Positions 33,698 to 46,214 of a stretch of 64,000 bases of DNA are shown here, one piece after another; the stretch's first letter is position 1; each line of letters starts with the position of its first letter. The position numbers and the translations under genes are program-made. The stretch comes from Felis catus. Taxonomy: Eukaryota. The notes beneath the pieces were generated by a model. The model was given only the letters and a program-made list of their open reading frames with translations. It was not told where the DNA came from and ran no database searches. The stretch is from the NCBI RefSeq assembly GCF_018350175.1, contig NC_058380.1, forward strand, positions 56,420,001-56,484,000, read 5' to 3'.

Positions 33698-34937
33698 CAA
33701 GGATTCTCCAACCCCATGTCCCCCTCTCTGTCATTCTCAGGACCCGTCTGACCTGTTCTCAGGTAATCTGAGGCAGGTGCCCCCCGGAAGCCTCAATTGC
33801 CACAACGGGATAGGGTGGGGGATTGAAAAATTGGGAGGCACCAGACGTTAAGAAATTAGGAGGTCGGTCACCTCGGGGATCTGGGACATTTAGGGGATCA
33901 GGGAGAAAGGCTTTGCGGTCATGGACCTGGGATATTCGGGGCCCTGGGTGAGGATTTCGGGGGTGGGGATCACCTGGAGGGGGGCTGAGGGGTCGGCGCA
34001 GCCTAAACTCCCGCCCTCCTTGGCTCCACCCCGGAAACAGACCGTTACCGTTACGTCATAGGGACTCCGTCGCGCACCAGGGGTGGGGTTTGCCTATTAC
34101 CCGGAAGGAGCGAAGTCAGGGCTTTCCTTCAACGGAGGCGGAGTCAAAGTGACACCCTGGAGGTGGAGCCAGGGTCTATCTATCCTAAGGGGGCGGAGTC
34201 GGGCCTTATTACTAGGATGTGGAGCACAGGACATTCTTTTACAGGGATAGAGTCAGATTTTGTAGCTCTCTCCCTGGAGACCAGGGAGCAAGAAAAGAGC
34301 TTTGGGACGCAATCCAGTACTGTTTTCCCAATCCTCTCTCCTCTTTCTTCGGCTTCTGCCCTGCCACTTGTCTTTCTTGTCTGCCTTATTCCACTTGTAT
34401 GACCCGGGTCTGAGGAGGAATAGGTCTCCAGAGAGGGCCCAGCCTAGATGGAGCAGGCTGCGGGAGTACTTGTGTGAGTGGCCTCGTTAATGGTCAGAAG
34501 GTTACAACCCTTCCTCTCTGAGCTGAAAGCTATCTTCCTGTGATTTTTGTTCCTACTGTCATTCAATTCAGCAAATTTATCATGCTATGAATGGGTATAC
34601 AGCAGTAGAGAATACAGATTATTACAGTACACAGCACACTGGATGGAGGCAACAGAGGGTGCTGCAGTAGAGTCCAGAAAGAGCAATTAACCCATTATGA
34701 AACGTTGGACATAGCTGCCCCAGTTGGTCTGGGGATGGAGGAAGGGAGCCTTCTAGCTGGACTGTAAGGGAGAGAGTGACCAGAAATAAGTGAAGTGAAA
34801 GTTCCCTCAGGCTGAAGTGTGGAGAATGGAGACAACTACTCTCTCCCCTCATCCCACCTTCTTTCTCCCTGTCTCATACCTCTTTTCCTATGCTTGGGCC
34901 ACAAGATGGCAGACAGATCCGCGGGTACTAGTTGGGC

Positions 34938-36256
34938 TTTATTGGAAACATTACAGTCTGGGTGTGGAGGAGAAGCTGTGCTCCTGCCACACTCATCCCT
35001 GCTTACACTTAGACTCACATTCACACTGCAGGCCCTGTCCCGGCAGGGTCAGGTCTGGTGCAGAGTTGCCAGAAGGCTGGTCCTCTCTTCTGGTCCTTTG
35101 TTCCTCAGAGCCTCGATGATTCACGGGGCTCCCTCTGAGACTGTCATGGGTTAATGACTGTGGTACTTGTTCTAGGGGAAAGAGAGGCAGGGTCACGGGT
35201 GTCTTGGGCAGGGGCTCTGAGGGAGAAGGCAGGGCTAAGGGAGAGCTGGGCTTGCCTTTGCAGAGTTCTGCGATTTCCAGATGATGTCCATCGAGGGCTG
35301 TTCTGGGGTGTACAGAGCTGGTGACCTCTCAGCACAGTGAACCTGGAATCAGAAGGAATGGAACAGCCCTGAAACCCAGCTTCCTGGCAGGCCCTGGTGT
35401 GAGGGGCAGAAACTGAGGACCATATCTGGGAACCTGTTTCAGGGGCTTCCTTGTGGGGAGGAGCTTGGCAAGGAGAAGGGGAGTAAGATGGTGAGTGGAG
35501 GCCCAGGTGATGGAGCAAGTGATTGGGAGAAGTAGAGACTGGTTACTCTTCACCCCCCACCCACAAGACAACAGCACCTTGTAGCCATTGTTGAGGAGGA
35601 GGTAGCAGCAAAAAGGCACCAAAAATGTTCCTGGGAATTGGTGTTGGTTCACCAAGAGAGTCCTCAGAGTTGTTGGCATCATTCAGAGCTGGGTGGGTGG
35701 GTGGGTGTAGGGGTTAGGGCTTGAGGGGCTTTAAGGTGGGAAGACCATAGTCCTGACTAGAATTCAGGATGCCTGTGTCTAGGGTCATAGCTTTAATGTT
35801 CCTCTCTTTCCCATCCATGTGCACTGTCCTTTTCTTCCTCTGGAAACCTAGGCTAAAGGAGATAGAGCCTCTAGAGAGAAGGGCAGCCAGAGTACTGACC
35901 CATGTAGGAATACTGGGGACACAGGCACATCTATATCACACAGGTGCACACATGGGACACAGGAACACCCACACTACACACGCCCATGTATAGATTGCAC
36001 AGGAATATACACAATGCACAGGTAAACCCACAGTACACAAGGACACATAATCACAAGGACACACCCATTTGGCACATGTACACTGTCAGGTTCACAGACA
36101 CACTTGGACCTGGGTGTTGACCTGAACTCACAGTCTCTTTCACAGATTCCCTGATCCCTCCTCTGCCCCTCATCTTACCATTTGCTTACTTACTTTCCAG
36201 GGGAGACCAAGAAATCAGTATGCTGAGAAGAGGAGAGGTGCTGTGCGGGGGGCCAT
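34938..36256 (-). pseudogene. Unprocessed CCL19-like pseudogene (tandem duplicate)
   Basis: Four exons collinear with CCL19: about 36198-36256, 35565-35688, 35256-35342 and 35151-35171, with AATAAA at 34938-34943. Exon 1 frameshifts give TGA at codon 14, the exon 1 donor GT is changed to GA, the CC motif is deleted, and exon 3 is frameshifted. Confidence 0.9.
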
Positions 36257-36522
36257 GGAAGATGGATAGAGATGGACAAATGGGTAGAATTTTTGGGAGC
36301 AGCAAATGTGTGGCTTGCAGGAATCCTTCTGCTTTGTGTGGAGCCTGTGTGAGACTGTGAGACTGGGTGGAAGAGAGTGAGTGGAAGAGTGAGAGTGAAA
36401 GTAAGGGAATCCACGGTGGTCCCGTGATGTGTGCGTGAGCCTGTGTGAGACTATAGTTATCTCTTGTTTATGGCCTCCTGAAGCTTTCTTTTTTTACATC
36501 CAGAAATTTTTTCCTTTCTGTT

Positions 36523-37450
36523 GTGTAATAAAGAATTTTGACTGCTCTTTGTTCCTGATTTCTGAAAGTTAGACTTTAAATCTTTGAATTTCCCAAGTAA
36601 TAGGAGTGTCTTTGTTATTTATGAGTCCTGCTGATTGTGACACCTGAGTTTATGCTAAGAGATGAGATGACTTAGGATCATCTGGGGGCTGGTCACCAGG
36701 AAGACTAACCATGTCACTGGAGAGCTGGAGCTTTGAGCCTGCACAACCTCTGGGAAGGGGAGGTGCGCTGGAGATTGAGTTCAGCCAACAATGCAGTCAT
36801 GCTTACGCAATGAAATCTCAGTAAAAATTCTGGACACCAGGGGTTCCTGGGTGACTCGGTTGGGCACCTGACTCTTGATTTTGGCTCAGGTCATGATCTT
36901 GCGGTTTGTGGGTTCAAGCCCTGTGTTGGGCTCTGTGTGGATGGAGCAGAGCCTGCTTGGGATTCTTTCTCTCCTCTCTCTCTGTCCTTCCCCTGCTCTT
37001 GCCTACATGAGCTCTCTCTCTCAAAATAAATGAATAAACACTTAACCACAAAACTCTGGACAGCAAAGCTCATAGAACTTCCTGGTTGGTGAACACACTA
37101 ATATGCCAGGAGAGTGATGTGCCTTATGTGTCTTAGTGGGATTAGAGCATGAAGTTCTGCATTTGAGACCCTCTCAAACTGCCCTGTGTGTCTTTTCATT
37201 TGTCTTCCTGATTCATATCTTTTATAAAAACTTATTGTAAGTATAGCATGCCTGACTGTTATGAGTCATTCTAAGGAATTATTGAACCTGAGGGGTTATG
37301 GGAACTCCCTGGGCTTGTAGCCAGTTGGTCAGAAATGCAATTGGCCTGAGGACCCTACAAGTGGGGGCACAGATGTTGGGGACTGTGCCCTGAAACTTGT
37401 GGAATCTGACACTACCTCTGAGTGGTTAGTGTCTGAATTGAATTGGAATA
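36523..37450. mobile_element. MER21-like LTR with a Can-SINE inserted at about 36840-37045
   Basis: tgtgtaataaagaatttt...aatttcccaagtaataggagtgtctttgttatt...cacctgagtttatgctaa resembles MER21-family LTRs. Absent from the homologous CCL19 upstream region. Confidence 0.65.
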
Positions 37451-38714
37451 TATGAGTTGGTAGGATACCTTTATGCTACATATTTTATCCACTGTCTCTA
37501 TCTGGAAGAACCTTTTTCCCTTTCATAACTCCTCAGTAGCCTCCCGGTCCCCATTTTCCATTCTTTATCTTTAGGTCTGAGAATCTTAGCAATCATCAGA
37601 TTGGACAAGGCAAGGTGTGTGTGGGGTGTTTCACTGTCACCCTTTAGGGGAAGGTTTACAGTGTAATTTCCTTGGAGGCATTTGAACAATGAGTCTCAAG
37701 ACTAGGAGTCAAGGCTTGGTTCCAGATTAGAGGTCAGAGTAAGGAGTGCCTCCTTCTTTCCCAGGCTTCTCCTCCTCCCCGCAGCTCTTTGTGGTTGTAT
37801 ACCTGGGGGTGGGAGGAGTGGGGAAAGTGGGACTCACCTAGTTCTTCATATTCCCCAGAACAATGACAAATGGCAGGGAAAGCTGGAGAAGGTCCCTTCC
37901 TGGGTTCACCAAGTCTCCCCGGGGCCCATCACAGTGCGTATGCATCTGTCATCTGAGACCTGGTCTTCCCTTGGAAAAGCTTTGCTAATGCAAAAGATTT
38001 TTGGAAGCAGGTCTAATTCCTGTATCTCACATCTAAGGACTCTAGGGCTTCACTCTCCTGGCCCAGCCAACACTGACCCTTTCCCCAGTTGACCCATTTT
38101 CCTATGCGCCAAGCTGAGTCAGAGGAATAGCATGAGTGAAACCTGGCCTAGAATATCCACTTCTACCACGCCTTCCCTATCCTGGGAATTGAGAGAATTT
38201 CTGAGGAAAAGAGCTGGTCAGCTCACAGAGACAAGGAAACTAGAAATGAGGGAGAGGAGCAAGTGCTTCCCCCATCTGATGAGAGGCCCCAGAGACAGAG
38301 ACCAAAGGGGGAGACCTCTCCTAAGAGACTAATTGTGGAGTGCTATTCTGTTTCCTTTTCCAGCCCTAGAGCATGTGATGTAACAAACTTAACTGTGGGT
38401 ACAATTTTTTATGCCTTCTCTATTATCCATCCATGTGTCCATATGTTCACCTATATTTGTCTCTTTATCAGTTTATTCTTCCTTCTTCCATCTTTCATTT
38501 ATCTTTTTATATCTTCATTTCTATTCCCTCATGCATATGTTCAACCATTATAATTCAATCATCATTAATGCATCTATTCACCCATCTATTATGCTAATAA
38601 TTCATATTTGTTGACACTGGAGTGCCAGGCACCATGCTAATTGTTTCATGACAAATCTATGAAGTAGAGTACTATGGGCTATGCTTTTGTTCATGTAGAC
38701 ATTTTTTATACTCT

Positions 38715-38862
38715 TTTCTTCTTTTTCTTTTTTTTTTTTCAAAGTAGGCTTTACACCCAGAGCAAAGCCCAGTGCAAGGCCTAATAACTCACAACCATGA
38801 GATCAAGACCTAAGCTGATATCAAGAGTCAGATGCTCAACCAACTGAGGCACCCAGGGTCCC
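38715..38862 (-). mobile_element. Can-SINE (short/old)
   Basis: SINE head on the - strand, TSD-like tatactctttt. Confidence 0.8.
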
Positions 38863-39102
38863 TGCTATACTCTTTTTTTATGTTTTCTTTAAGGAACTCC
38901 TCTCCCATCTCATGTGGTTTTGGTGGGTCTGTCAACCACAGTGCTCTGATCAGGGTACTCCACTTTCTGGCCACTCTAATATATTGAAGAACTGTGTGTG
39001 TGTTATAACCACAGTTAGTTGGAGCTTTTCATGAGATTTGCTATTAGGAGAAAGAGGGCCTCTGTTTATTTATTTTTGTATTTTTAAGATTTAAAAGCAA
39101 AA

Positions 39103-42100
39103 TTTTTTTTAAATTTACATCCAAATTAGTTAGCATACAGTGCAACAATGATTTCAGGGGTAGAGTCCTTAATGCCCCTTACCCATTTAGTCCATCCCCC
39201 CTCCCACAATCCCTCCAGTAACCCTCAGTTTATTCTCCATATTTAAGAGTCTCATGTTTTGTCCCCTCCCTGTTTTTTATTATTTTTGCTTCCCTTCCCT
39301 TGTGTTCATCTGTTCTGTGTCTTAAAGTCCTCATATGAGTGAAGTCATATGCTATTTGTGTTTCTCTGACTAATTTCATTTAGCATAATACCCTCTAGTT
39401 CCACCCATGTAGTTTCAAATGGCAAGATTTCATTCTTTTTGGNNNNNNNNNNNNNNNNNNNNNNNNNNNNNNNNNNNNNNNNNNNNNNNNNNNNNNNNNN
39501 NNNNNNNNNNNNNNNNNNNNNNNNNNNNNNNNNNNNNNNNNNNNNNNNNNNNNNNNNNNNNNNNNNNNNNNNNNNNNNNNTTGATAGTGCTGCTATAAAC
39601 ATTGGGGTGCATGTGCCCCTTCGAAACAACATCCCTGTATCCCGTGGATAAATGCCTAGTAGTGCAATTGCTGGGTCGTAGGGTAGTTCGATTTTTAATT
39701 TTTTGAGGCACCTCCATACTGTTTTCCAAAGTGGCTGCCCCGGTTTGCATTCCCACCAGCAATGCAAAAGAGATTCTCTTTCTCCGCATCCTTGCCAACA
39801 TCTGTTGTTGCCTGAGTTGTTAATGTTAGCNNNNNNNNNNNNNNNNNNNNNNNNNNNNNNNNNNNNNNNNNNNNNNNNNNNNNNNNNNNNNNNNNNNNNN
39901 NNNNNNNNNNNNNNNNNNNNNNNNNNNNNNNNNNNNNNNNNNNNNNNNNNNNNNNNNNNNNNNNNNNNNNNNNNNNNNNNNNNNNNNNNATTTGTTTTTT
40001 GGGTGTTGAGTTTGAAAAGTTCTTTATAGATTTTGGATACTAACCCTTTATTTGATATGTCCTTCGCAAGTATCTTCTCCCATTCCGTCGGTTTCCTTTT
40101 AGTTTTGCTGATTGTTTCCTTCGCTGTGCAGAAACTTTTTATTTTGATGAGGTCCTAATAGTTCATTTTTGCTTTTGTTTCCTTGCCTCTGGAGACATGT
40201 TAAGTGAGAAGTTGCTGCAGCTAAGGTCAAAGGGGTTTTTGCCTGCTTTCTCCTTGAGGATTCTGATGGCTTCCTATTTTACCTTTAGGAATTATCTTTC
40301 ATCCATTTTGAGTTTATTTTTGTGTGTGGTGTGAGAAAGTGGTCCAGGTTTTTTGCATGTAGCTGTCTAGTTTTCCCAGCACCACTTGCTGAAGACAGAC
40401 TGTCTTTATTCCATTGGATACTCTTTCCTGCTTTGTCAAAGATTAGTTGGCCATACGTTTGTGGGTCCATTTTTGGGTTCTCTATTCTGTTCCATTGATA
40501 TGAGTGTCTGTTTTTGTGCCAGTACCATACTGTCTTGATGATTACAGCTTTGTAATACAGCTTGAAGTCTGGGATTGTGTTGCCTCCTGCTTTGGTTTTC
40601 TTTTTCCAGATTGCTTTGGCTATTCGGGGTCTTTTCTGGTTCCATACAAATTTTAGGATTGTTTGTTCTAGCTCTGTGAAGAATGCTGGTGCTTTTTGAT
40701 AGGGATTGCACTGAATGTGTAGATTGCTTTGGGTAGTCTTGACGTTTTAACAATAATTGTTCTTCGTATCCAGGAGCATGGAATATTTTTCCATTTTTTT
40801 TTTTGTGTGTGTGTCTTCTTCAATTTCTTTCATAAGCTTTCTATAGTTTCCAGTGTATAGATTTTTCACCTCTGGTTAGATTTATTCCTAGGTATTTTAC
40901 GTTTTTTGGTGCACTTGTAAATGGGATCAATTCCTTGATTTCTCATTCTGTTGCTTTTTTGTTGCGGTATAGGAATGCAACTGATTTCTGTGCATTGATT
41001 TTGTATCCTGCAACTTTGCTGAGTTAATGGATCAGTTCTAGCAGTTTTTTGGTGGAATCTTTTGGGTTTACCATATGGAGTATTATGTTATCTGAGAAGA
41101 GTGAAAGTTTGACCTCCTCCCGGCTGATTTGGATGCCTTTTATTTCTTTGTGTTGCTGATTGCTGAGGCAAGACTTCCAATGCTATGTTGAATAACAGTG
41201 GTGAGAGTGGACATCCCTGTCTTGTTCCTGACCTTAGGGGGAAAGCGCTCAGTTTTCCCCATTGAGGATGATATTAACATTGGGCTTTTCACATATGGCT
41301 TTTATGATCTTGAGGTATGCTCCTTCTATCCCTACTTTCTTGAGGGTTTTTATCAAGAAATGATGCTGTATTTTGTCAAATGCTTTCTCTGCATCTATTG
41401 AGAGGGTCACATGGTTCGTGTCCTTTCTTTTATTGATGTGATGAATCACATTGATTGTTTCATGGATATTGAACCAGGCATGCATCCCAGGTATAAATCC
41501 CACTTGGTCATGGTGAATAATTTTTTTAATGTGTTGCTGGATCTGGCTGGCTAATATCTTGTTGAGGATCTTTGCATCCATGTTCATCAGGGAAATTGGT
41601 CTATAGTTCTCCTTTTTAGTGGGGTCTTTGTCTGGTTTTGGAATTAAGGTAATGCTGGCTTCATAGAAAGAGTTTGGAAGTTTTCCTTTCATTTCTATTT
41701 TTTGAAACAGCTCCAAGAGAATAGGTGTTACCTCTTCCTTAAATGTTTGGTAGAATTCCCCTGGAAAGCCATCTGGTCCTGGACTCTTGTTTTTTGGGAG
41801 ATTTTTGATTACTAATTCAATTTCTTTACTGATTATGAGTCCGATCAAGTTTTCTATTTCTTCCCGTTTCAGTTTTGGTAGTGTATATGTTTCTAGGAAT
41901 TTGTCCATTTCTTCCAGGTTGCCCATTTTATTGGCATACAATTACTCATAATATTCTCTTATTTTTTAATTTCTGCTGTGTTGGTTGTGATCTCTCCTCT
42001 TTCATTCTTGATTTTATTTATTTGGGTCCTTTCCTTTTTCTTTTCTTTTTTTTTTTAAATATAATTTATTGTCAAATTGGTTTCCATACAACACACGGTG

Positions 42101-45100
42101 CTCATCCCAACAGGTGCCCTCCTCCCTGCCCAACATTCACTTTCTCCTTTTTTCTTTGTGATCAAATTGGTTAGTGGTTTATCAATTTTGTTAATTCTTT
42201 CAAAGAGCCAGTTTCTGGTTTCATTGATCTGTTCTACTGTGTTTTTTTTTTGTTTTTTTTTTTTTTTTTTGGTTTCAATAGCATTGATTTCTGCTCTAAT
42301 CTTTATTAATTCCTGTCTTCTGCTGGTTTTGGGTTTTATTTGCTGTTCTTTTTCCATCTCTTTAAGGTGTAAGGTTAGGTTGTGTATCTGATACCTTTCT
42401 TTCTCCTTTAGTAAGGCCTGGATTGCTATATACTTTCCTTTTATGACTGCCTTTGCTGTGTCCCAGAGGTTTTGGGTTGTGGTATTATCATTTTCATTGG
42501 CTTCCATGTATTTTTTAATTTCCTCTTTAACTTCTTGGTTAGCCCATTCATTCTTTAGTAGGATGTTCTTTCGTCTCCAAGTATTTGTTACCTTTCCACA
42601 TTTTTTCTTGTGGTTGATTTTGAGTTTCATAGCATTGTGGTCTGAAAATATGCACAGTATATGATCTTGATCTTTTTGTACTTGTTGAGGGCTGATTTGT
42701 GTCCCAGTATGTGGTCTATTCTGGAAAACGTACCATGTGCACTGGAGAGGAATGTATATTCCACTGCTTTAGGATGAAATGATCTGAATATGTCTGTTAA
42801 GTCCATCTGATCCCGTGTGTCATTCAAAGCCATTAATTTCTTGATTGTCTGTTTAGACGATGTGTCCATTGTTGTAAGTGGAGTGTTGAAGTCCCCTACC
42901 ATTATGGTACTAGTATCAATGAGTTTCTTTATGTTTGTGATTAATTGATTTATATATTTGGGTACTTCCACATTTGGAGCATAAATGTTTATGCCTTCTT
43001 GGTGGATAGACCCCTTCATTATGATATAATGCCCTTCTTCATCTCTTGTTACAGTCTTTGTTTTGAAGTCTAGATTGTCTGATAGAAGTATGACTACTTT
43101 GGCTTTCTTTTGTTGACCATTAGCATCATAGATGGTTCTCCATCCCCTTACTTTTAATCTGAAGGTGTCTTTAGGTCTAAAGTGGGTCTCTTGTAAACAG
43201 CATATAGATGGATCTTGTTTTCTTATCTATTCTGTTACCCTATGTCTTTTGATTGGAGCATTTAGTCCACTGATGTTTAGAGTAAGTGCTGAAAGATATG
43301 AATTTATTGCCATTATGTTACTTGTAGAGTTGGAGTTTCTGGTGGTGTTCTCTGATCCTTTCTTGTTTCTTGCTTTTGGTATGTATGTATGTATATATGT
43401 ATGTATGTATGTCTTTTCTCCCCTCAGAGAGTCCCCCTTAAAATTTCTTGCAGGGCTGGTTTAGTGGTCACGAACTCCTTTATTTTTTGTTTGTCTGGGA
43501 AACTTTTTATCTCTCCTATTTTGAATGACAGACTTGTGGGATAAAGAATTCTTAGCTGCATACTTTTCTGATTCAGCACATTGAATATATCCTGCCACTC
43601 CTTTCTGGCCTTCCACGTTTCTGTGGATAGGTCTGCTGCAAACCTGATCTGTCTTCCCCTGTAGGTTAAGGACTTTTTTCCCTTGCTGCTTTCATGATTC
43701 TCTCCTTGCCTGAGTATTTTGTAAATTTGACCATGATATGCCTTGTTGATGGCTGGTTTTTGTTGAATCTAATGGGAGTCCTCTGTGCTTCCTGGATTTT
43801 GATGTCTGTGTCTTTCCCCAGGTTAGGAAAGTTTTCACTATGATTTGCTCACATAACTCTTCTACCCCCTTTTCCCTCCCTTCCTCTTGATTCCCTATGA
43901 TTCTGATGTTGTTCCTTTTTAATGAGTCACTAATTTCTCTAATTCTTAAATTGTGCTCTTTGCCTTAGTCTCCCTCTTTTCTTTTGCTTCATTATTCTCC
44001 ATAAGTTTGTTCTCTATATTACTTATTTTCTGCTCTGCATCATCCATCCTCCGCCATAGCATCCATTCAAGATTGCAGCTCAGTTATAGCATTTTTTCAT
44101 TTCATTCTGGCTAGCTTTTACTTCTTTTGTCTCTGCAGAAAGGGATTCTAATCTATTTTTGACTCCAGCTAGTATTATTATGGTGATTCTAAATTCTTGT
44201 TCAGACATCTTATTTGTATCTGTGTTAGTTAAGTGCCTGGCTGCCATTTCTCCCTTCTCTTTCTTTTGGGGTGAATTCCTTCGTTTCATCATTTTGAAGG
44301 GAGAAAAGCAATTAATGAGGTAAAAAAATAAAAAAAAATTAAACTTAAAAAATTAAAAATTTAAAAACAACAAACACACACATAAAAAAGAAATAAATGA
44401 TGCTAGAGCCTAGGTGTGTTGTGGTCTGGGTGTTTAAAGGGGCTTAACAGTTTAGAGAAAAAAGGGGAAAGAAAAAAAGGAAATCGTTTGAAAATTTGAA
44501 AAAAAACACTGAAATAAAATGAAGTGATGGAAGTAAAATAGAATTTGAAAATATTTACACAAAAGTAAAAAATATAGTAGAAAAAATAAAGAAAAATATT
44601 TTCAATAAAAATTGAAAATAAAAATAAAATTTTCTCTTTCTCTATTCAAGAAAAAGAAAAGAAATGAAAAAGAACAAAAACAAGAAAAAAAAAAAAAGAA
44701 AATTGAATAGATGTACCAGTGAACAGACTGAAATACGATTGAAATTACTTCGTTTTCCCCTAGAAGTCAAACTATGAAGTGCTTTATAGTCTGTAAACTA
44801 AGCAGGCAGAGAGACTTGTGTTCCTGAAGAGTGAGGTTAGCCCATTGCGGTGGGGCTTAGTGTAATGGCTCCGATCTCCACTAGATGGTGCTGCTTAGCC
44901 TACTGGTGTGGATTGTTGTGGCGCTTGTAGGTGTGTATCTGCGTGCATGGGAGCGGTGAAAATGGCATCACCTAGCTATCCAGCCTGTAGTATTGGAACT
45001 CTGTTTTCCTAGGTCAACAATTGCGCCCCCATCCTTTGTCTTTGGCTTCTGCCTGCTCCTCACTTTTACACTGTCTGTGACCAAGCCCCAGGCAGCACCT

Positions 45101-46004
45101 CCCTCCTGAGTTTTATTTCAGATGCGGCTGGGTTTCCTGACCCCTTACTTCTGAGGGACTTTGGCTTTGACCCGGTCTGCCCTTCTGCGGGAGGTTCTCA
45201 CCCAGCAATGGCCAGGTGCCGGCTACACCCAGGAACATTTGCGGTACTGTGCTGCTGCCGATGGCCCCAGAGACTGCTGTGGGTCCCAGTCCACCACAGA
45301 ATAAGTTCATGTGATTGTATGGCAGCAGTGTTTCAGGGATTATGGCCAATCACAGCACACATCTGACACCAGGCTTCACCCCCAGCGACCTTGTTCCAGC
45401 ACCAGCGAATGTGGTTGTTCTCCGGGGCCCACTGGAGCCTTTGCCTTTGGGGGAACCACAGAGCCTCTACCAGATGTCTTCCCAGCGGGGGAACCACCTC
45501 TCCTGTTGTGGCCTGAAGACCCTAAACTTCACTCTGCTCCTGGGGATTCACCCTTCCCACCAAAGCACCACCAGGTATCGAGCTGTGGAGTTTCAGACTC
45601 TGCACTCCCCCTCTTTATATAGTCTTAGTGGAATTTAAACCTTCTCCTTTCTCCTTTCTCCCTTTTTAGTGCAGTCCCTGTAGCTGTTTCCACTTTTCCA
45701 CTTTCTCTCCTGCTGCTTTATTTTGGGGGGGGAGGGTTGCTTTTCCTGTACTCTCCCCCTGTCTCTGTCTTCTCTCCACAAGCAAAAACAGCTCCCTGCC
45801 CTCCGCTGCTTCTTTCTCCTCCAGTTCACCTCTCCGCACCACATACCTGCTGAGTTCTGTGGTTCAGGTTGTGCAGATTGTTGTGTTAATCCTCAAATCA
45901 GTTTTTTAGGTGTGCAGGATAGTTTAGTGTTGATCTGGCTGTATTTCATGGATGTGAGACGCAAAAAAACTTCCATGCTTCCACCATCTTGGCTTCTCCC
46001 CCTC
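39103..46004 (-). mobile_element. Near full-length degenerate carnivore LINE-1 (about 6.9 kb)
   Basis: 5' end ggggagaagccaagatgg (YY1-like). ORF1 starts at 44292 (MMKRRNSPQKKE). ORF2 starts at 43313 (MAINSYLSALTLNISGLNAPIKRHR), with EN motif VGDFNTPL, RT motifs [17 protein letters not shown] and [11 protein letters not shown], and C-terminal HCWWEC. Many frameshifts and stops. Confidence 0.95.
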
Positions 46005-46214
46005 TTTTTAAATTTTTTTTTTTATTTTTTTTTATTTTGAGAGAGACAGAATGCAGGAGAGGCAGAGAGTAAAAGACAGAGGCAGAATCCCAAGCAGGCT
46101 CTGCACTGTCAATGCAGAGCCTGATGTGGGGCTCAAGTCCACAAACCATGAGATCATGACCTGGGCTGAAACCAAGAGCTGGATGCTCAACCGACTGAAC
46201 CACCCAGGTGCTCC
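46005..46214 (-). mobile_element. Can-SINE abutting the L1 5' end
   Basis: Standard structure. Confidence 0.9.

Larger units (their letters stand above)
32950..34220. promoter_or_regulatory. CpG island / housekeeping-type promoter of the microprotein gene
   Basis: Dense CpG, GC boxes, CCGGAA ETS motifs at about 34031 and 34101, CRE-like TTACGTCA at 34051-34058. Confidence 0.7.

Noticed and set aside
33152-33751. ORFs containing long X runs
   Set aside because: Artefacts of translating through N gaps.
34938-36256. Possibility that this locus is CCL21 or a functional second chemokine
   Set aside because: It is collinear with CCL19 in exons, UTR and GC intron, and it has a premature stop and no CC motif. 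CCL21 is not seen in this window.
41249-43019. 130-230 aa ORFs with RT/endonuclease motifs
   Set aside because: Fragments of a disrupted L1 ORF2, not a host gene or an active element.
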